Positions 1-7,084 of a stretch of DNA of 34,437 nucleotides are shown here, piece by piece; the stretch's first letter is position 1; every line of letters starts with the position of its first letter. Location of the stretch: the IMG/VR virus record IMGVR_UViG_3300045974_000093, positions 1-34,437 of that record; one strand, written 5' to 3'. The stretch comes from a virus. The translations under genes and the position numbers were made by a program. The notes under the pieces were generated by a model, which had not been told where the DNA came from, searched no databases, and saw only the letters and a list, made by a program, of their open reading frames with translations.

Positions 1-483
1 AACTTGTACGGTGCTAACTTGTGCGGTGCTGACTTGTCCCGTGCTGACTTGTCCGGCGCTGACTTGTCCCGTGCTAACTTGTACGGTGCTGACTTGTCCG
101 GCGCTAACTTGTACGGTGCTGACTTGTCCGGCGCTAACTTGTCCGGCGCTAAAAACGCTGAATTGGCTGTTGCAAAAACAAGAATATTACCTGACGAAGG
201 GGATATTATTGGCTGGAAAAAATGCAATAACGATGTAATAGTTAAACTACTGATTAAATCAAATACAAAACGCTGCCATGCGTTTGGGCGTAAATGCCGT
301 GCAGAGCGTGCAACTGTTTTAGACGTTTTTGGCGATGATATTGGAATTAGCAAACATGATAACAAAACTCAATATATAAAAGGCCAAGAAGTTGTTTGCG
401 ACGCATGGGGCGAAGATTGGACTATTGAGTGCTCGGGCGGAATTCATTTTTTTATTACACTTTTAGAAGCTAAAAATTACTAG
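1..483 (+). CDS. Pentapeptide-repeat protein, 3' part (continues the gene that starts at 33993 across the contig junction); repeats followed by a ~110-aa Cys-containing globular C-terminal domain
   Basis: Frame 1 is open from base 1. It reads NLYGANLCGADLSRADLSGADLSRANLYGADLSGANLYGADLSGANLSGA, i.e. A(D/N)L(S/Y/C)(G/R) pentapeptides, then KNAELAVAKTRILPDEGDIIGWKKC...CSGGIHFFITLLEAKNY, with a stop at 481-483. Bases 1-127 equal 34311-34437 in the same codon phase. Confidence 0.85.
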   Translation, partial: NLYGANLCGADLSRADLSGADLSRANLYGADLSGANLYGADLSGANLSGAKNAELAVAKTRILPDEGDIIGWKKCNNDVIVKLLIKSNTKRCHAFGRKCRAERATVLDVFGDDIGISKHDNKTQYIKGQEVVCDAWGEDWTIECSGGIHFFITLLEAKNY

Positions 484-492
484 GAGATAAAC

Positions 493-792
493 ATGCAACC
501 ACAATACATAAAAGCAAATGGCGACGAGTTACTAGTTAGCGGCCTAAAATATGGCGCTGACGACCTTTTAATCGACGTGTACGGCTTTGCGAACAAAAGC
601 GACGACGATTACAGCATTGAAGGAATAACACTGCACAAAACAATGATTGATCTTGGCGGATTGTTTAGCCAAGCAAATTTGCGCACTGTTGAAATGCTTG
701 TGTACACAGCAAAAGAAAAAGAAGCGCAAGAAGCAAAACAGCAAGCGCAAGAAGACCGCGCTATTGATCGTAAAATTTCACGGAGCGTTTAA
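493..792 (+). CDS. Hypothetical acidic early protein (99 aa)
   Basis: ATG at 493 preceded by AGGAG (482-486). The ORF is tightly packed in the rightward operon. No recognisable motif. Confidence 0.6.
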   Translation: MQPQYIKANGDELLVSGLKYGADDLLIDVYGFANKSDDDYSIEGITLHKTMIDLGGLFSQANLRTVEMLVYTAKEKEAQEAKQQAQEDRAIDRKISRSV

Positions 793-793
793 C

Positions 794-1015
794 ATGAATG
801 AGAGTTCAGAAATCACATTGCAAGACTTCATCACTGGAATTCTTGGCGCAATCATCTTTCTTATTATTTTGTCGCTAGTTGCAAATAAAGATGATGATGA
901 AATTAGCTTGCAATACTCAAAAGAAATTGCGGAAGCGCAGCAGAAAACAATTGTTCACGAAAGAAATGAAACGCTGCACGAAAAGTGCATTAATAATGGG
1001 GAGTGTGAAAAATGA
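794..1015 (+). CDS. Small membrane protein (73 aa, one TM helix)
   Basis: Internal ATG at 794, 1 nt after the previous stop. Hydrophobic stretch ITGILGAIIFLIILSLVA. The 647 start in the ORF track overlaps the upstream gene and is rejected. Confidence 0.55.
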   Translation: MNESSEITLQDFITGILGAIIFLIILSLVANKDDDEISLQYSKEIAEAQQKTIVHERNETLHEKCINNGECEK

Positions 1016-1380
1016 ATAAGAAAGAATTTATTGCCAAAGAAATTGAAAAAAATAAACTCGTTTTTGGTCGCTGGCATTCAGAAGAAAAAATTAATTCAGC
1101 AGATAAATTAAAAATTATTTTTGAAGATCCCCCTAAAAATGAACAAGAGGCGCTTCAGCATGGGAACGCTCTTGCAAATACAGAAAATTATCCCGTTGGT
1201 CCAAGTTCTTGTTTTAACGTTGGCATATCTGGAGGATGCGGTATTGAGTGCTTTGTTTTTGTTAATGGCGGGTGCGAAGAGCCACAAGAAATTTCCAAAG
1301 ATGATGTTATTACTTTTTATGGAAAAGAAGAAGCCAGCTTAATTTTAGAATCTTATGAATGTTTTAAGGAGAAAGCATGA
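1012..1380 (+). CDS. Hypothetical protein (122 aa), Cys-rich centre
   Basis: ATGA start/stop overlap with the upstream ORF. Contains GISGGCGIECFVFVNGGCEEP. No family recognised. Confidence 0.55.
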   Translation: MNKKEFIAKEIEKNKLVFGRWHSEEKINSADKLKIIFEDPPKNEQEALQHGNALANTENYPVGPSSCFNVGISGGCGIECFVFVNGGCEEPQEISKDDVITFYGKEEASLILESYECFKEKA

Positions 1381-1589
1381 AAAAGCAAGAATTAACAGAC
1401 TGGTATCCACCACATATTAAACCAGTTCGGGTTGGTTGGTATCATACGGGATTAAGAAATGAGAACCCTAAAAATGGCGGATCAGAATTAAATCAAAATT
1501 TGTGGTGGAATGGGATGGAATGGTCAACTTATGAAAATGGTTTGCGTTTGCTTTATCAAAATCGCTGGTGGCGAGGAATAAAGAAATGA
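1377..1589 (+). CDS. Hypothetical Trp-rich small protein (70 aa)
   Basis: ATGA overlap with the upstream stop. Contains WYPPHIKPVRVGWYH...WWNGMEWS...NRWWRG. Confidence 0.5.
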   Translation: MKKQELTDWYPPHIKPVRVGWYHTGLRNENPKNGGSELNQNLWWNGMEWSTYENGLRLLYQNRWWRGIKK

Positions 1590-1661
1590 GTAATACAAGC
1601 AAACATATTTTTGAACTTTGCGAAGCGGCCGATAAATTAGGATTAACACTGGAGGAATACA

Positions 1662-2213
1662 ATGAGCATTTACAAGAAATTACAAGACGCACGAATCAAA
1701 CTGCAATCAATCAACATGAAGAAGTCCGGCCACAATAAGTTTGCAGGTTATCAGTATTTTGAACTTGGTGACTTTCTTTTACCGATTCAGCAAATTTTTA
1801 ATGAAATCGGATTGTGTGGCATAGTCTCATTTACAAAAGAAGTCGCTACTCTGCGCATTTATGATACTGAATCATCAGAATTTATTGAGTTCACTTCACC
1901 GATGGGTAGCGCGGCTTTAAAAGGCTGCCATGAAGTGCAAAACATCGGTGCAGTGGAAACATACCAGCGTCGATATTTGTACGTCGCCGCGATGGAGATT
2001 GTTGAGCATGACGCTATCGAAGCAGTGACAGGCAAAGATGATTTAAAAGATATTGCAATGGAAGTCATTGCATTAATTGAAGCGGAAAAAATTGCTGAAT
2101 CAATTAAATATTTAGAAGATCAAAATTTAGGCGCAGATAAAGCGAAGTTATGGAAACTTTTATCACCTAGGTATCAACAAGTAATTACCAATTTTAAAAA
2201 GGAAAACAAATGA
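1662..2213 (+). CDS. erf: ERF-family single-strand annealing (recombination) protein
   Basis: GGAGG lies 7 nt upstream of the ATG. The N-terminus IYKKLQDARIKLQSINMKKSGHNKFAGYQYFELGDFL aligns by eye with P22 Erf (FYARLAEIQEHLNAPKNQYNSFGKYKYRSCEDIL). A YQRRYLY motif follows. Confidence 0.8.
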   Translation: MSIYKKLQDARIKLQSINMKKSGHNKFAGYQYFELGDFLLPIQQIFNEIGLCGIVSFTKEVATLRIYDTESSEFIEFTSPMGSAALKGCHEVQNIGAVETYQRRYLYVAAMEIVEHDAIEAVTGKDDLKDIAMEVIALIEAEKIAESIKYLEDQNLGADKAKLWKLLSPRYQQVITNFKKENK

Positions 2214-2701
2214 ATATCTCTTTATACAAAGCAGCAGATGAACTAGCGCCATTGCTTGACCAAATTGATGACGATGGCGTCATCAGTGACGAATTAGCTG
2301 ATGCCCTTTCCATTTTTGAAGGCAAAGGCGTCGCTGTAATTGCTTACATTTTAAATTGTGAAGCTCAAGCGCAAATGATTAATGATGCAGCAGAAAAAAT
2401 GAAAGCCAGAGCAAAGCCATTTTTAAATAAATCCGAAAGATTAAAGCAATATTTGCTAGACAACATGAAGCGAACAGGAATAACTAATATTGAATCAGCA
2501 GAATTTACCGCAAAGTTAGATTTAAACAGAGATAAAAGCGTTGAAGTTTATGAGCAAGCATTATTGCCAGAAAAATTTTTAAAACAACCAAAGCCCGTTG
2601 AGCCTTCGCCCGATAAAATTGCAATTAAAAAAGCAATTGAATCAGGCGAAGAAATACAAGGCGCAAGAATTATTGCCAAAGACCGCTTAACAATTAAATA
2701 G
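2210..2701 (+). CDS. Siphovirus Gp157-like protein (recombination-module accessory)
   Basis: ATGA overlap with erf. The helical N-terminus ISLYKAADELAPLLDQIDDDG...EAQAQMINDAAEKMKARAKPFLNKSERLKQYL and the position between erf and ssb are typical of the Sipho_Gp157 family. Assigned from memory of the family pattern only. Confidence 0.55.
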   Translation: MNISLYKAADELAPLLDQIDDDGVISDELADALSIFEGKGVAVIAYILNCEAQAQMINDAAEKMKARAKPFLNKSERLKQYLLDNMKRTGITNIESAEFTAKLDLNRDKSVEVYEQALLPEKFLKQPKPVEPSPDKIAIKKAIESGEEIQGARIIAKDRLTIK

Positions 2702-2710
2702 GAAATCTAC

Positions 2711-3151
2711 ATGTCATCATTAAATAAATGCACGTTTATCGGGAATCTTACACGTGATCCTGAAATTAAATACTTACCAAGTAGCGAAGCTATTGCAAAC
2801 GTGAACATTGCTTGCAACGACAGATGGACGGACAAAACCACGGGCGAACGTAAAGAGTTAGTCGAATATATCCGCATCGCTTACTTTGGCAAACTGGCCG
2901 AAATTGTTGGGCAGTACGGTAAAAAAGGCGGGTTAGTCTATGTTGAAGGCAGCTTGCGCACACGTAAATACACGGACAAGGACGGAGTAGAAAAGTTTGC
3001 AACTGACATCAAGGGCAATGAATTCCGCATGTTAGGCGGAAAAGCTGAATCAGCGCCACCGCCACAGTCACAGCAGCGACTTGCACAACGCCAAGCACCA
3101 AGACAAGAAGCAAGCGGCTTTGATGACTTTGATGAAAATATACCATTTTAA
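2711..3151 (+). CDS. ssb: Single-stranded DNA-binding protein
   Basis: OB-fold N-terminus LNKCTFIGNLTRDPEIKYLPSSEAIANVNIA...EYIRIAYFGKLAEIVGQYGKKGGLVYVEGSLRTRKYTD closely parallels E. coli SSB. It has a Gln/Pro-rich linker and the canonical acidic tip DDFDENIPF. Confidence 0.95.
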   Translation: MSSLNKCTFIGNLTRDPEIKYLPSSEAIANVNIACNDRWTDKTTGERKELVEYIRIAYFGKLAEIVGQYGKKGGLVYVEGSLRTRKYTDKDGVEKFATDIKGNEFRMLGGKAESAPPPQSQQRLAQRQAPRQEASGFDDFDENIPF

Positions 3152-3169
3152 AAATAATTTAAATAAAAC

Positions 3170-3198
3170 TTGCAAGTAATTGCATTATGGTTTAATAT
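3170..3198 (+). promoter_or_regulatory. Sigma70-type promoter TTGCAA-17 nt-TAATAT
   Basis: -35 TTGCAA at 3170-3175, 17-nt spacer, -10 TAATAT at 3193-3198. It lies immediately after the ssb stop, at the head of an ORF-free segment. Confidence 0.5.
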
Positions 3199-3204
3199 GT
3201 AGTT

Positions 3205-3745
3205 ATTGCAGCGCGGTTGAGGGTAGGAAGTGAATTAATCGCGAGGGTAGTTTTGAACGCCAATCAAAATTGCATAAATATTCGCATAATGTATGTGTAG
3301 CCCGCACGTTTTCAAGCACCCTGACAAGGTTTAATTATGCAAAGTCCGAATGACTCACGTTACGAGTCACTACACGCATGAGCATTGATGCAAAGCCAGT
3401 AACTAACGGGTGTTGGTTGCCGAAGGTTTAATTAGTGCTCAGTCGTGTAGTAAATGAGCAAAATTTTAAACGGTGCTCAAAAACGGAAATATGCCGTGAC
3501 GCTAAAACGGGGAAGAAAGCAGTCTGGCCGCTTCCGGTTCGTGCGGTTGGCTTATGGAGATCGATATATCCGAATCTAAGAAGGGGTAGCGTCCTTCTAC
3601 TACACGTAACCTGCACCGCGTAAGAGTGCAGGAACTAGATACAAGCGGCTTGAGTTAGGTATTAGCAACCTAATAGTACAAGCTCCGTCGTAATTGTTTT
3701 TGGTCAACTCTGCTTTATGAGAATCAAGCTGCTTGTATTTAGTTA
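3205..3745 (+). ncRNA. Candidate large structured RNA or long structured leader (family unknown)
   Basis: No credible ORF: the longest is 62 aa, has no RBS and needs a non-ATG start. The segment looks more GC-rich than its flanks. Several stable complementarities exist: 3351-3356/3364-3369; 3370-3384/3436-3450; 3299-3308/3540-3552; 3610-3616/3626-3632; 3655-3660/3668-3673. Confidence 0.3.
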
Positions 3746-3761
3746 AAACTGGAGAATAAAA

Positions 3762-4859
3762 ATGAATGAAAAAATAATAAAATCTTTTGAAGCGTGGCAC
3801 AAAGAAAAGTTTCCGTTTGAGTCTCTGAAAAAGCTAAACAATGAAACTTATGTAGATGTTGTTGTATTTAGTCGCTTTGAAGGCTATCAAGCTGCACTTG
3901 CAGCACAGCCGCAGCAAGAGCCAGTAGCGTATCTATACCACGATGCCGCAAGCCTTGATGATTTGCTTCGAAATCGAACGAGCGAAATTCTGTATAGCGT
4001 TTGCTTTTCACTGCGAGGTCTTGGAGGGGCTTATAAAAATGAAACGCCACTCTATGCGCAGCTAGTACAGCAAGAGACGCCCAATAAAAAATACTGCGGG
4101 ACATGCTCCTCATTTCGCGTTGGTGATACTTGCAAAAAATGCGGAAGCGAAACGTTCATTCCTCATCCCGACTTTACAGAGCCACCATTGCCACCTATCG
4201 ACAAAATTCGAGAATTAGCGAAAGAAGTTGGATATGCAATTGGTGTTCACGGAACACAAGAACGCGATTTTGATGTTATCGCCGCACCTTGGGTAGATAG
4301 TGCAGTCGGGAATTACGGTTTAATCCAGCACATCGCAAAAGGTCTAAATGCAACCATCGTTGACCAAGAGCATAAACCGTTAGGCAGATACGCTGCAACA
4401 TTGCAGATTGATGGATGGTATAAGCCGCTTGATTTATCCGTTTGCCCTACCATGCAGCCAGTACAGCAAGACCATATTGCTGACAGCAGCAAATTGGTTC
4501 AAGCCGTGAATGCACTAGCAGTGCAAACAGGCGAATCAGCAGAGGAAATTACCGACTGGCTCACGAATAAAGGCGGCTTGACTCAGTTGATGCTTTCTCA
4601 CTTTTCTGCAAAGACAGCGGAGAGCAAGCAAGAATGGATTCCTGTAGGAAAAGTTGGTTTATCGGATGGTGCTTTGATATATGCAGTAACAAAACTTGGC
4701 AACGTTGTTGAAGCTGAATATTTCTGGCGGCAAGGAGGTGATCCAGATCGAATTATTTCAAGCGAGTATGGCGATGATTCAATGCGCGAATATACACACG
4801 TAATGCGCAGAGAAAAAATCCTTCCAAAGCCACCAGAGACAAAGGAAGGCGCGGTATGA
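3762..4859 (+). CDS. Hypothetical protein with internal Zn-ribbon and C-terminal DUF551-like domain (365 aa)
   Basis: GGAG lies 8 nt upstream of the ATG. CxxC...CxxC (YCGTCSSFRVGDTCKKCGSE). The C-terminus EWIPVGKVGLSDGALIYAV...YTHVMRREKILPKPPE resembles the phage DUF551 pattern (W..v..LP ... THWMPLP.PP). Confidence 0.65.
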   Translation: MNEKIIKSFEAWHKEKFPFESLKKLNNETYVDVVVFSRFEGYQAALAAQPQQEPVAYLYHDAASLDDLLRNRTSEILYSVCFSLRGLGGAYKNETPLYAQLVQQETPNKKYCGTCSSFRVGDTCKKCGSETFIPHPDFTEPPLPPIDKIRELAKEVGYAIGVHGTQERDFDVIAAPWVDSAVGNYGLIQHIAKGLNATIVDQEHKPLGRYAATLQIDGWYKPLDLSVCPTMQPVQQDHIADSSKLVQAVNALAVQTGESAEEITDWLTNKGGLTQLMLSHFSAKTAESKQEWIPVGKVGLSDGALIYAVTKLGNVVEAEYFWRQGGDPDRIISSEYGDDSMREYTHVMRREKILPKPPETKEGAV

Positions 4860-5101
4860 ATTTCGCTCAACAAAAAGACATTACCGTAGCTGATTGCGAA
4901 GCGATAGCCAAAGAACTGAACGAGCTTATTCAAAAGATCAAAGAAGGCGACCTTGATGCTTTTGTGAAGTTCTGGATTGAGGGCGGAACGGCTGAAGGTG
5001 ATGCGCGTATTAATCAAATTCAGGAAATTATAGCTTTGCGTTTTATTCACCGCGAAAACGAGCGCAATAGCCAGCAAGAGACACCCAAAGGAGGGGAATA
5101 A
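4856..5101 (+). CDS. Hypothetical protein (81 aa)
   Basis: ATGA overlap with the upstream stop. Helical, acidic. Confidence 0.55.
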   Translation: MNFAQQKDITVADCEAIAKELNELIQKIKEGDLDAFVKFWIEGGTAEGDARINQIQEIIALRFIHRENERNSQQETPKGGE

Positions 5102-5102
5102 C

Positions 5103-5261
5103 ATGAGCAACGCACGTTATTTAATTTCTCGCAACAAGCGCGAGGGATGGTATTTCGAATTTAAAGGACGAACAAGAAAGCACGGAAAATGTTTTTCTTT
5201 GCGTAGTTATGCAAAAAGAATGCGTGACTATAAAAATGCTAAAAAGGCTAATCATGAGTGA
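5103..5261 (+). CDS. Small basic protein (52 aa), not in the supplied ORF track
   Basis: Strong AGGAGG lies 8 nt upstream of ATG 5103. Translation: MSNARYLISRNKREGWYFEFKGRTRKHGKCFSLRSYAKRMRDYKNAKKANHE. Its stop overlaps the next start (ATGA at 5254). Confidence 0.45.
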   Translation: MSNARYLISRNKREGWYFEFKGRTRKHGKCFSLRSYAKRMRDYKNAKKANHE

Positions 5262-5733
5262 AGAAATAAAACCAGCAAGACAGCGTTATAGCGAATGGCT
5301 TACAGAGGGAAAAACATCTACGCTAACACACGATCAGCTTCATTCTCAATTTATGCAAAGCGAAATAAAAGATCTTCGCGCAGCGGTTGAAGCACTACAG
5401 AAAGAGAACACAAAACTGAAGCAACTAATTGCAGATAAAGAAAATGCAATTGCAGAGCTTACAAAAATTGTTCAGGAAACTGAAAAGTTTTACCAAAACA
5501 AAAAAAATACCTTTATTTCGCAAATTCAAGGGCAAGAAATTATTATTAAAAATTTAAGGTTTTCTTTAGATGAATGGTTTAAAAAGACTCTATTTGTTCA
5601 TGAAAACAAAGACAAACTTTTTGATGGATGTCTTGGTATTCACTTAGCAGATGCGATGCGCAAAGTAATTGAAGCGCAAGCAAAGCGTATTGCAGAGCTT
5701 GAATCAGTAACTAACACTAACTTGGAGAAATAA
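5254..5733 (+). CDS. Coiled-coil hypothetical protein (159 aa)
   Basis: Start MSEEIKPARQ is coupled to the upstream small ORF. Heptad-like KDLRAAVEALQKENTKLKQLIADKENAIAELTKIVQE. The 5209 start in the track lacks an RBS. Confidence 0.55.
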   Translation: MSEEIKPARQRYSEWLTEGKTSTLTHDQLHSQFMQSEIKDLRAAVEALQKENTKLKQLIADKENAIAELTKIVQETEKFYQNKKNTFISQIQGQEIIIKNLRFSLDEWFKKTLFVHENKDKLFDGCLGIHLADAMRKVIEAQAKRIAELESVTNTNLEK

Positions 5734-5943
5734 ATGAATAAAGAAGAACAAACTGAAAATTTAATAAATGAATTTACTGATTTTGCAGCAGAATATCCTC
5801 AAAGTGCTTTATCTTTAATTATTGGCTTATTTGTTAGCTTGCTTGAGCACAGCATAAAAGAGCAAGGAGGAGATGAAAATAAAGCAATAAAAATTGATGG
5901 GGGCGAAAAACGTGACGTCACTGTTCACGCAACAAAACATTAA
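5734..5943 (+). CDS. Hypothetical protein (69 aa); last gene of the rightward operon
   Basis: GGAG RBS, and the ATG directly follows the upstream TAA. One hydrophobic segment ALSLIIGLFVSLL. Confidence 0.5.
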   Translation: MNKEEQTENLINEFTDFAAEYPQSALSLIIGLFVSLLEHSIKEQGGDENKAIKIDGGEKRDVTVHATKH

Positions 5944-5944
5944 A

Positions 5945-6406
5945 TCAATAAATAACGCCAACTTGATCAATCAGCGCATTTAGTTTTTCAGCGAGCCTTG
6001 AAGCTTCTTTTGCCAAGTCTGAATATCTTCCTGCGCACTCTCCAAGTAAGTCTGCCCCGACTTCTCTTTGTTCAATAGGTCTTTGCTGATCTGCGGAAGT
6101 TGTGGGCACTCTTTTACTACTTGCGATTGTGTTGCGCAACCGCTCAAGAGAAGAATTGAGCTTATCATTACTAGCTTGCATTTGATTGAGTCTGACTTGA
6201 TATTCATCATATTTCTCATTTGCTTCTTTCTGTTTAGCTAGTTCGATTTTTATGTTTTCTTCACGCGCTCTTTGTGTTGCATCGTCCCACTTCTTCTGCA
6301 CTTCTGCGCGGCCTTGGTCTATAAACTTGTGTTTTTCGTGTTGATAGATTCCGAGCGCACAGCCAAAGGCTAAGGCAACTAAGCCGAGTTTAACCCAGTT
6401 AAGCAT
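5945..6406 (-). CDS. i-spanin (Rz-like)
   Basis: N-terminal TM (WVKLGLVALAFGCALGIY), then a long charged coiled coil. It is the last gene of the lysis cassette and contains an embedded lipoprotein ORF in another frame. Confidence 0.75.
   Translation of the reverse strand: MLNWVKLGLVALAFGCALGIYQHEKHKFIDQGRAEVQKKWDDATQRAREENIKIELAKQKEANEKYDEYQVRLNQMQASNDKLNSSLERLRNTIASSKRVPTTSADQQRPIEQREVGADLLGECAGRYSDLAKEASRLAEKLNALIDQVGVIY
5980..6219 (-). CDS. o-spanin (Rz1-like lipoprotein) embedded in the i-spanin gene
   Basis: Lipobox LLLSGC in MISSILLLSGCATQSQVVKECPQLPQI. Entirely nested out of frame inside 5945-6406. The probable real start is the Met at about 6168. Confidence 0.7.
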   Translation of the reverse strand: MRNMMNIKSDSIKCKLVMISSILLLSGCATQSQVVKECPQLPQISKDLLNKEKSGQTYLESAQEDIQTWQKKLQGSLKN

Positions 6407-6858
6407 AATTTACTTTCTTCATTTCTGCGTTTAGTTAAGCCAGGCAACGATACCATTACACCTGCAACTTTTGCTTTGTCCCATTTTAGCAACTGAAGGC
6501 AAGCACCTTTAATATCGCCACTTTTTAACATCCTAGCTGCTGTGGATTTTTTAGGGTCACAAGCTACTGTGTACCCGATATTGTAAGCAGCATCAGAGAA
6601 AGCCGCCAAGACTGGAATAGGAAGGTTTGGGGCGCATTTATCGACGTGGTCAATAGTTTCTAACATCGAAGAATTTAAACGATCCTTACACTCTTGTATC
6701 GTGTATTTTCGTGTAGGGTCAACGTTATGAGTTTCACCATAACAGACTGTCATAATCCCGACTGGGTCACGGTATGCAACTTGTCGCAATCCCTCAGCAG
6801 GAACTGCAAGCGCAGTCGCTAAAAGTAAAGCCGCACCTTTCTTCTGGTTATTTTCCAT
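6379..6858 (-). CDS. Endolysin, P21 R-type lysozyme with N-terminal signal-arrest-release-like segment
   Basis: EGLRQVAYRDPVGIMTVCYGET matches the Glu-Asp-Thr catalytic-triad region of P21 R ([22 protein letters not shown]). GDIKGACLQLLKW and GLTKRRNEESKLC also match. The N-terminus GAALLLATALAVPA is weakly hydrophobic. Confidence 0.9.
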   Translation of the reverse strand: MENNQKKGAALLLATALAVPAEGLRQVAYRDPVGIMTVCYGETHNVDPTRKYTIQECKDRLNSSMLETIDHVDKCAPNLPIPVLAAFSDAAYNIGYTVACDPKKSTAARMLKSGDIKGACLQLLKWDKAKVAGVMVSLPGLTKRRNEESKLCLTGLNSA

Positions 6859-7084
6859 CGTCTTTTCGCCTTCCTATATTTTTCTGCGACACTATACGAG
6901 AAATAAAAGCTAAATTGGCAACGAGAAAAGAAATTATTGCAAAAGTCCCATGAGAAAACTTATCTGAGAACATTGGAATAATCACCTCTAAGCCACTGAA
7001 GAATCCAGCGATGAAAACAAAGCGAATTGACCAAGCATGTTTGAGAACGTGCCACCAATCGTCAATTAACCGAATTTTAGCCAT
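6848..7084 (-). CDS. Second holin-like / antiholin-like membrane protein
   Basis: Two to three TM segments (IRFVFIAGFFSGLEVIIP; GTFAIISFLVANLAFI). Directly upstream of the endolysin. The start at Met13 (7082-7084) or Met11 overlaps the upstream stop. Confidence 0.5.
   Translation of the reverse strand: MAKIRLIDDWWHVLKHAWSIRFVFIAGFFSGLEVIIPMFSDKFSHGTFAIISFLVANLAFISRIVSQKNIGRRKDDGK

Noticed and set aside
11-238. 75-aa ORF (MLTCAVLTCPVLTC...) in frame 2 of the repeat array
   Set aside because: It is an alternative-frame read-through of the 15-nt repeats with no RBS. Frame 1 gives canonical pentapeptide repeats and continues in phase from the gene starting at 33993.
1586-1738. 50-aa ORF (MSNTSKHIFELCEAADKLGLTLEEYNEHLQEITRRTNQTAINQHEEVRPQ) ATGA-coupled to the previous gene
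   Set aside because: It would overlap the well-supported erf start (GGAGG RBS at 1662, N-terminus aligning with P22 Erf) by 77 nt. It may be real but is unsupported, so it is left unannotated.
3428-3800. Three 62-66-aa ORFs (3428-3616 minus, 3435-3623 plus, 3600-3800 minus) in the ORF-free segment
   Set aside because: None has a Shine-Dalgarno sequence, one needs a non-ATG start, and two are mirror images of each other. They have odd composition (Arg/Cys/Leu-rich) and one runs antisense into the next gene's RBS. Treated as chance ORFs within a candidate RNA region.
4598-5110. 170-aa minus-strand ORF antisense to the rightward operon
   Set aside because: It overlaps two plus-strand genes that have RBSs, ATGA coupling and a recognisable DUF551-like C-terminus. 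It has no RBS and no partner genes on that strand.
5911-5920. 10-bp palindrome GTGACGTCAC near the convergent junction of the two operons
   Set aside because: It is short, lies inside a coding region and has no U-tract on either strand. That is insufficient to call a terminator or binding site.
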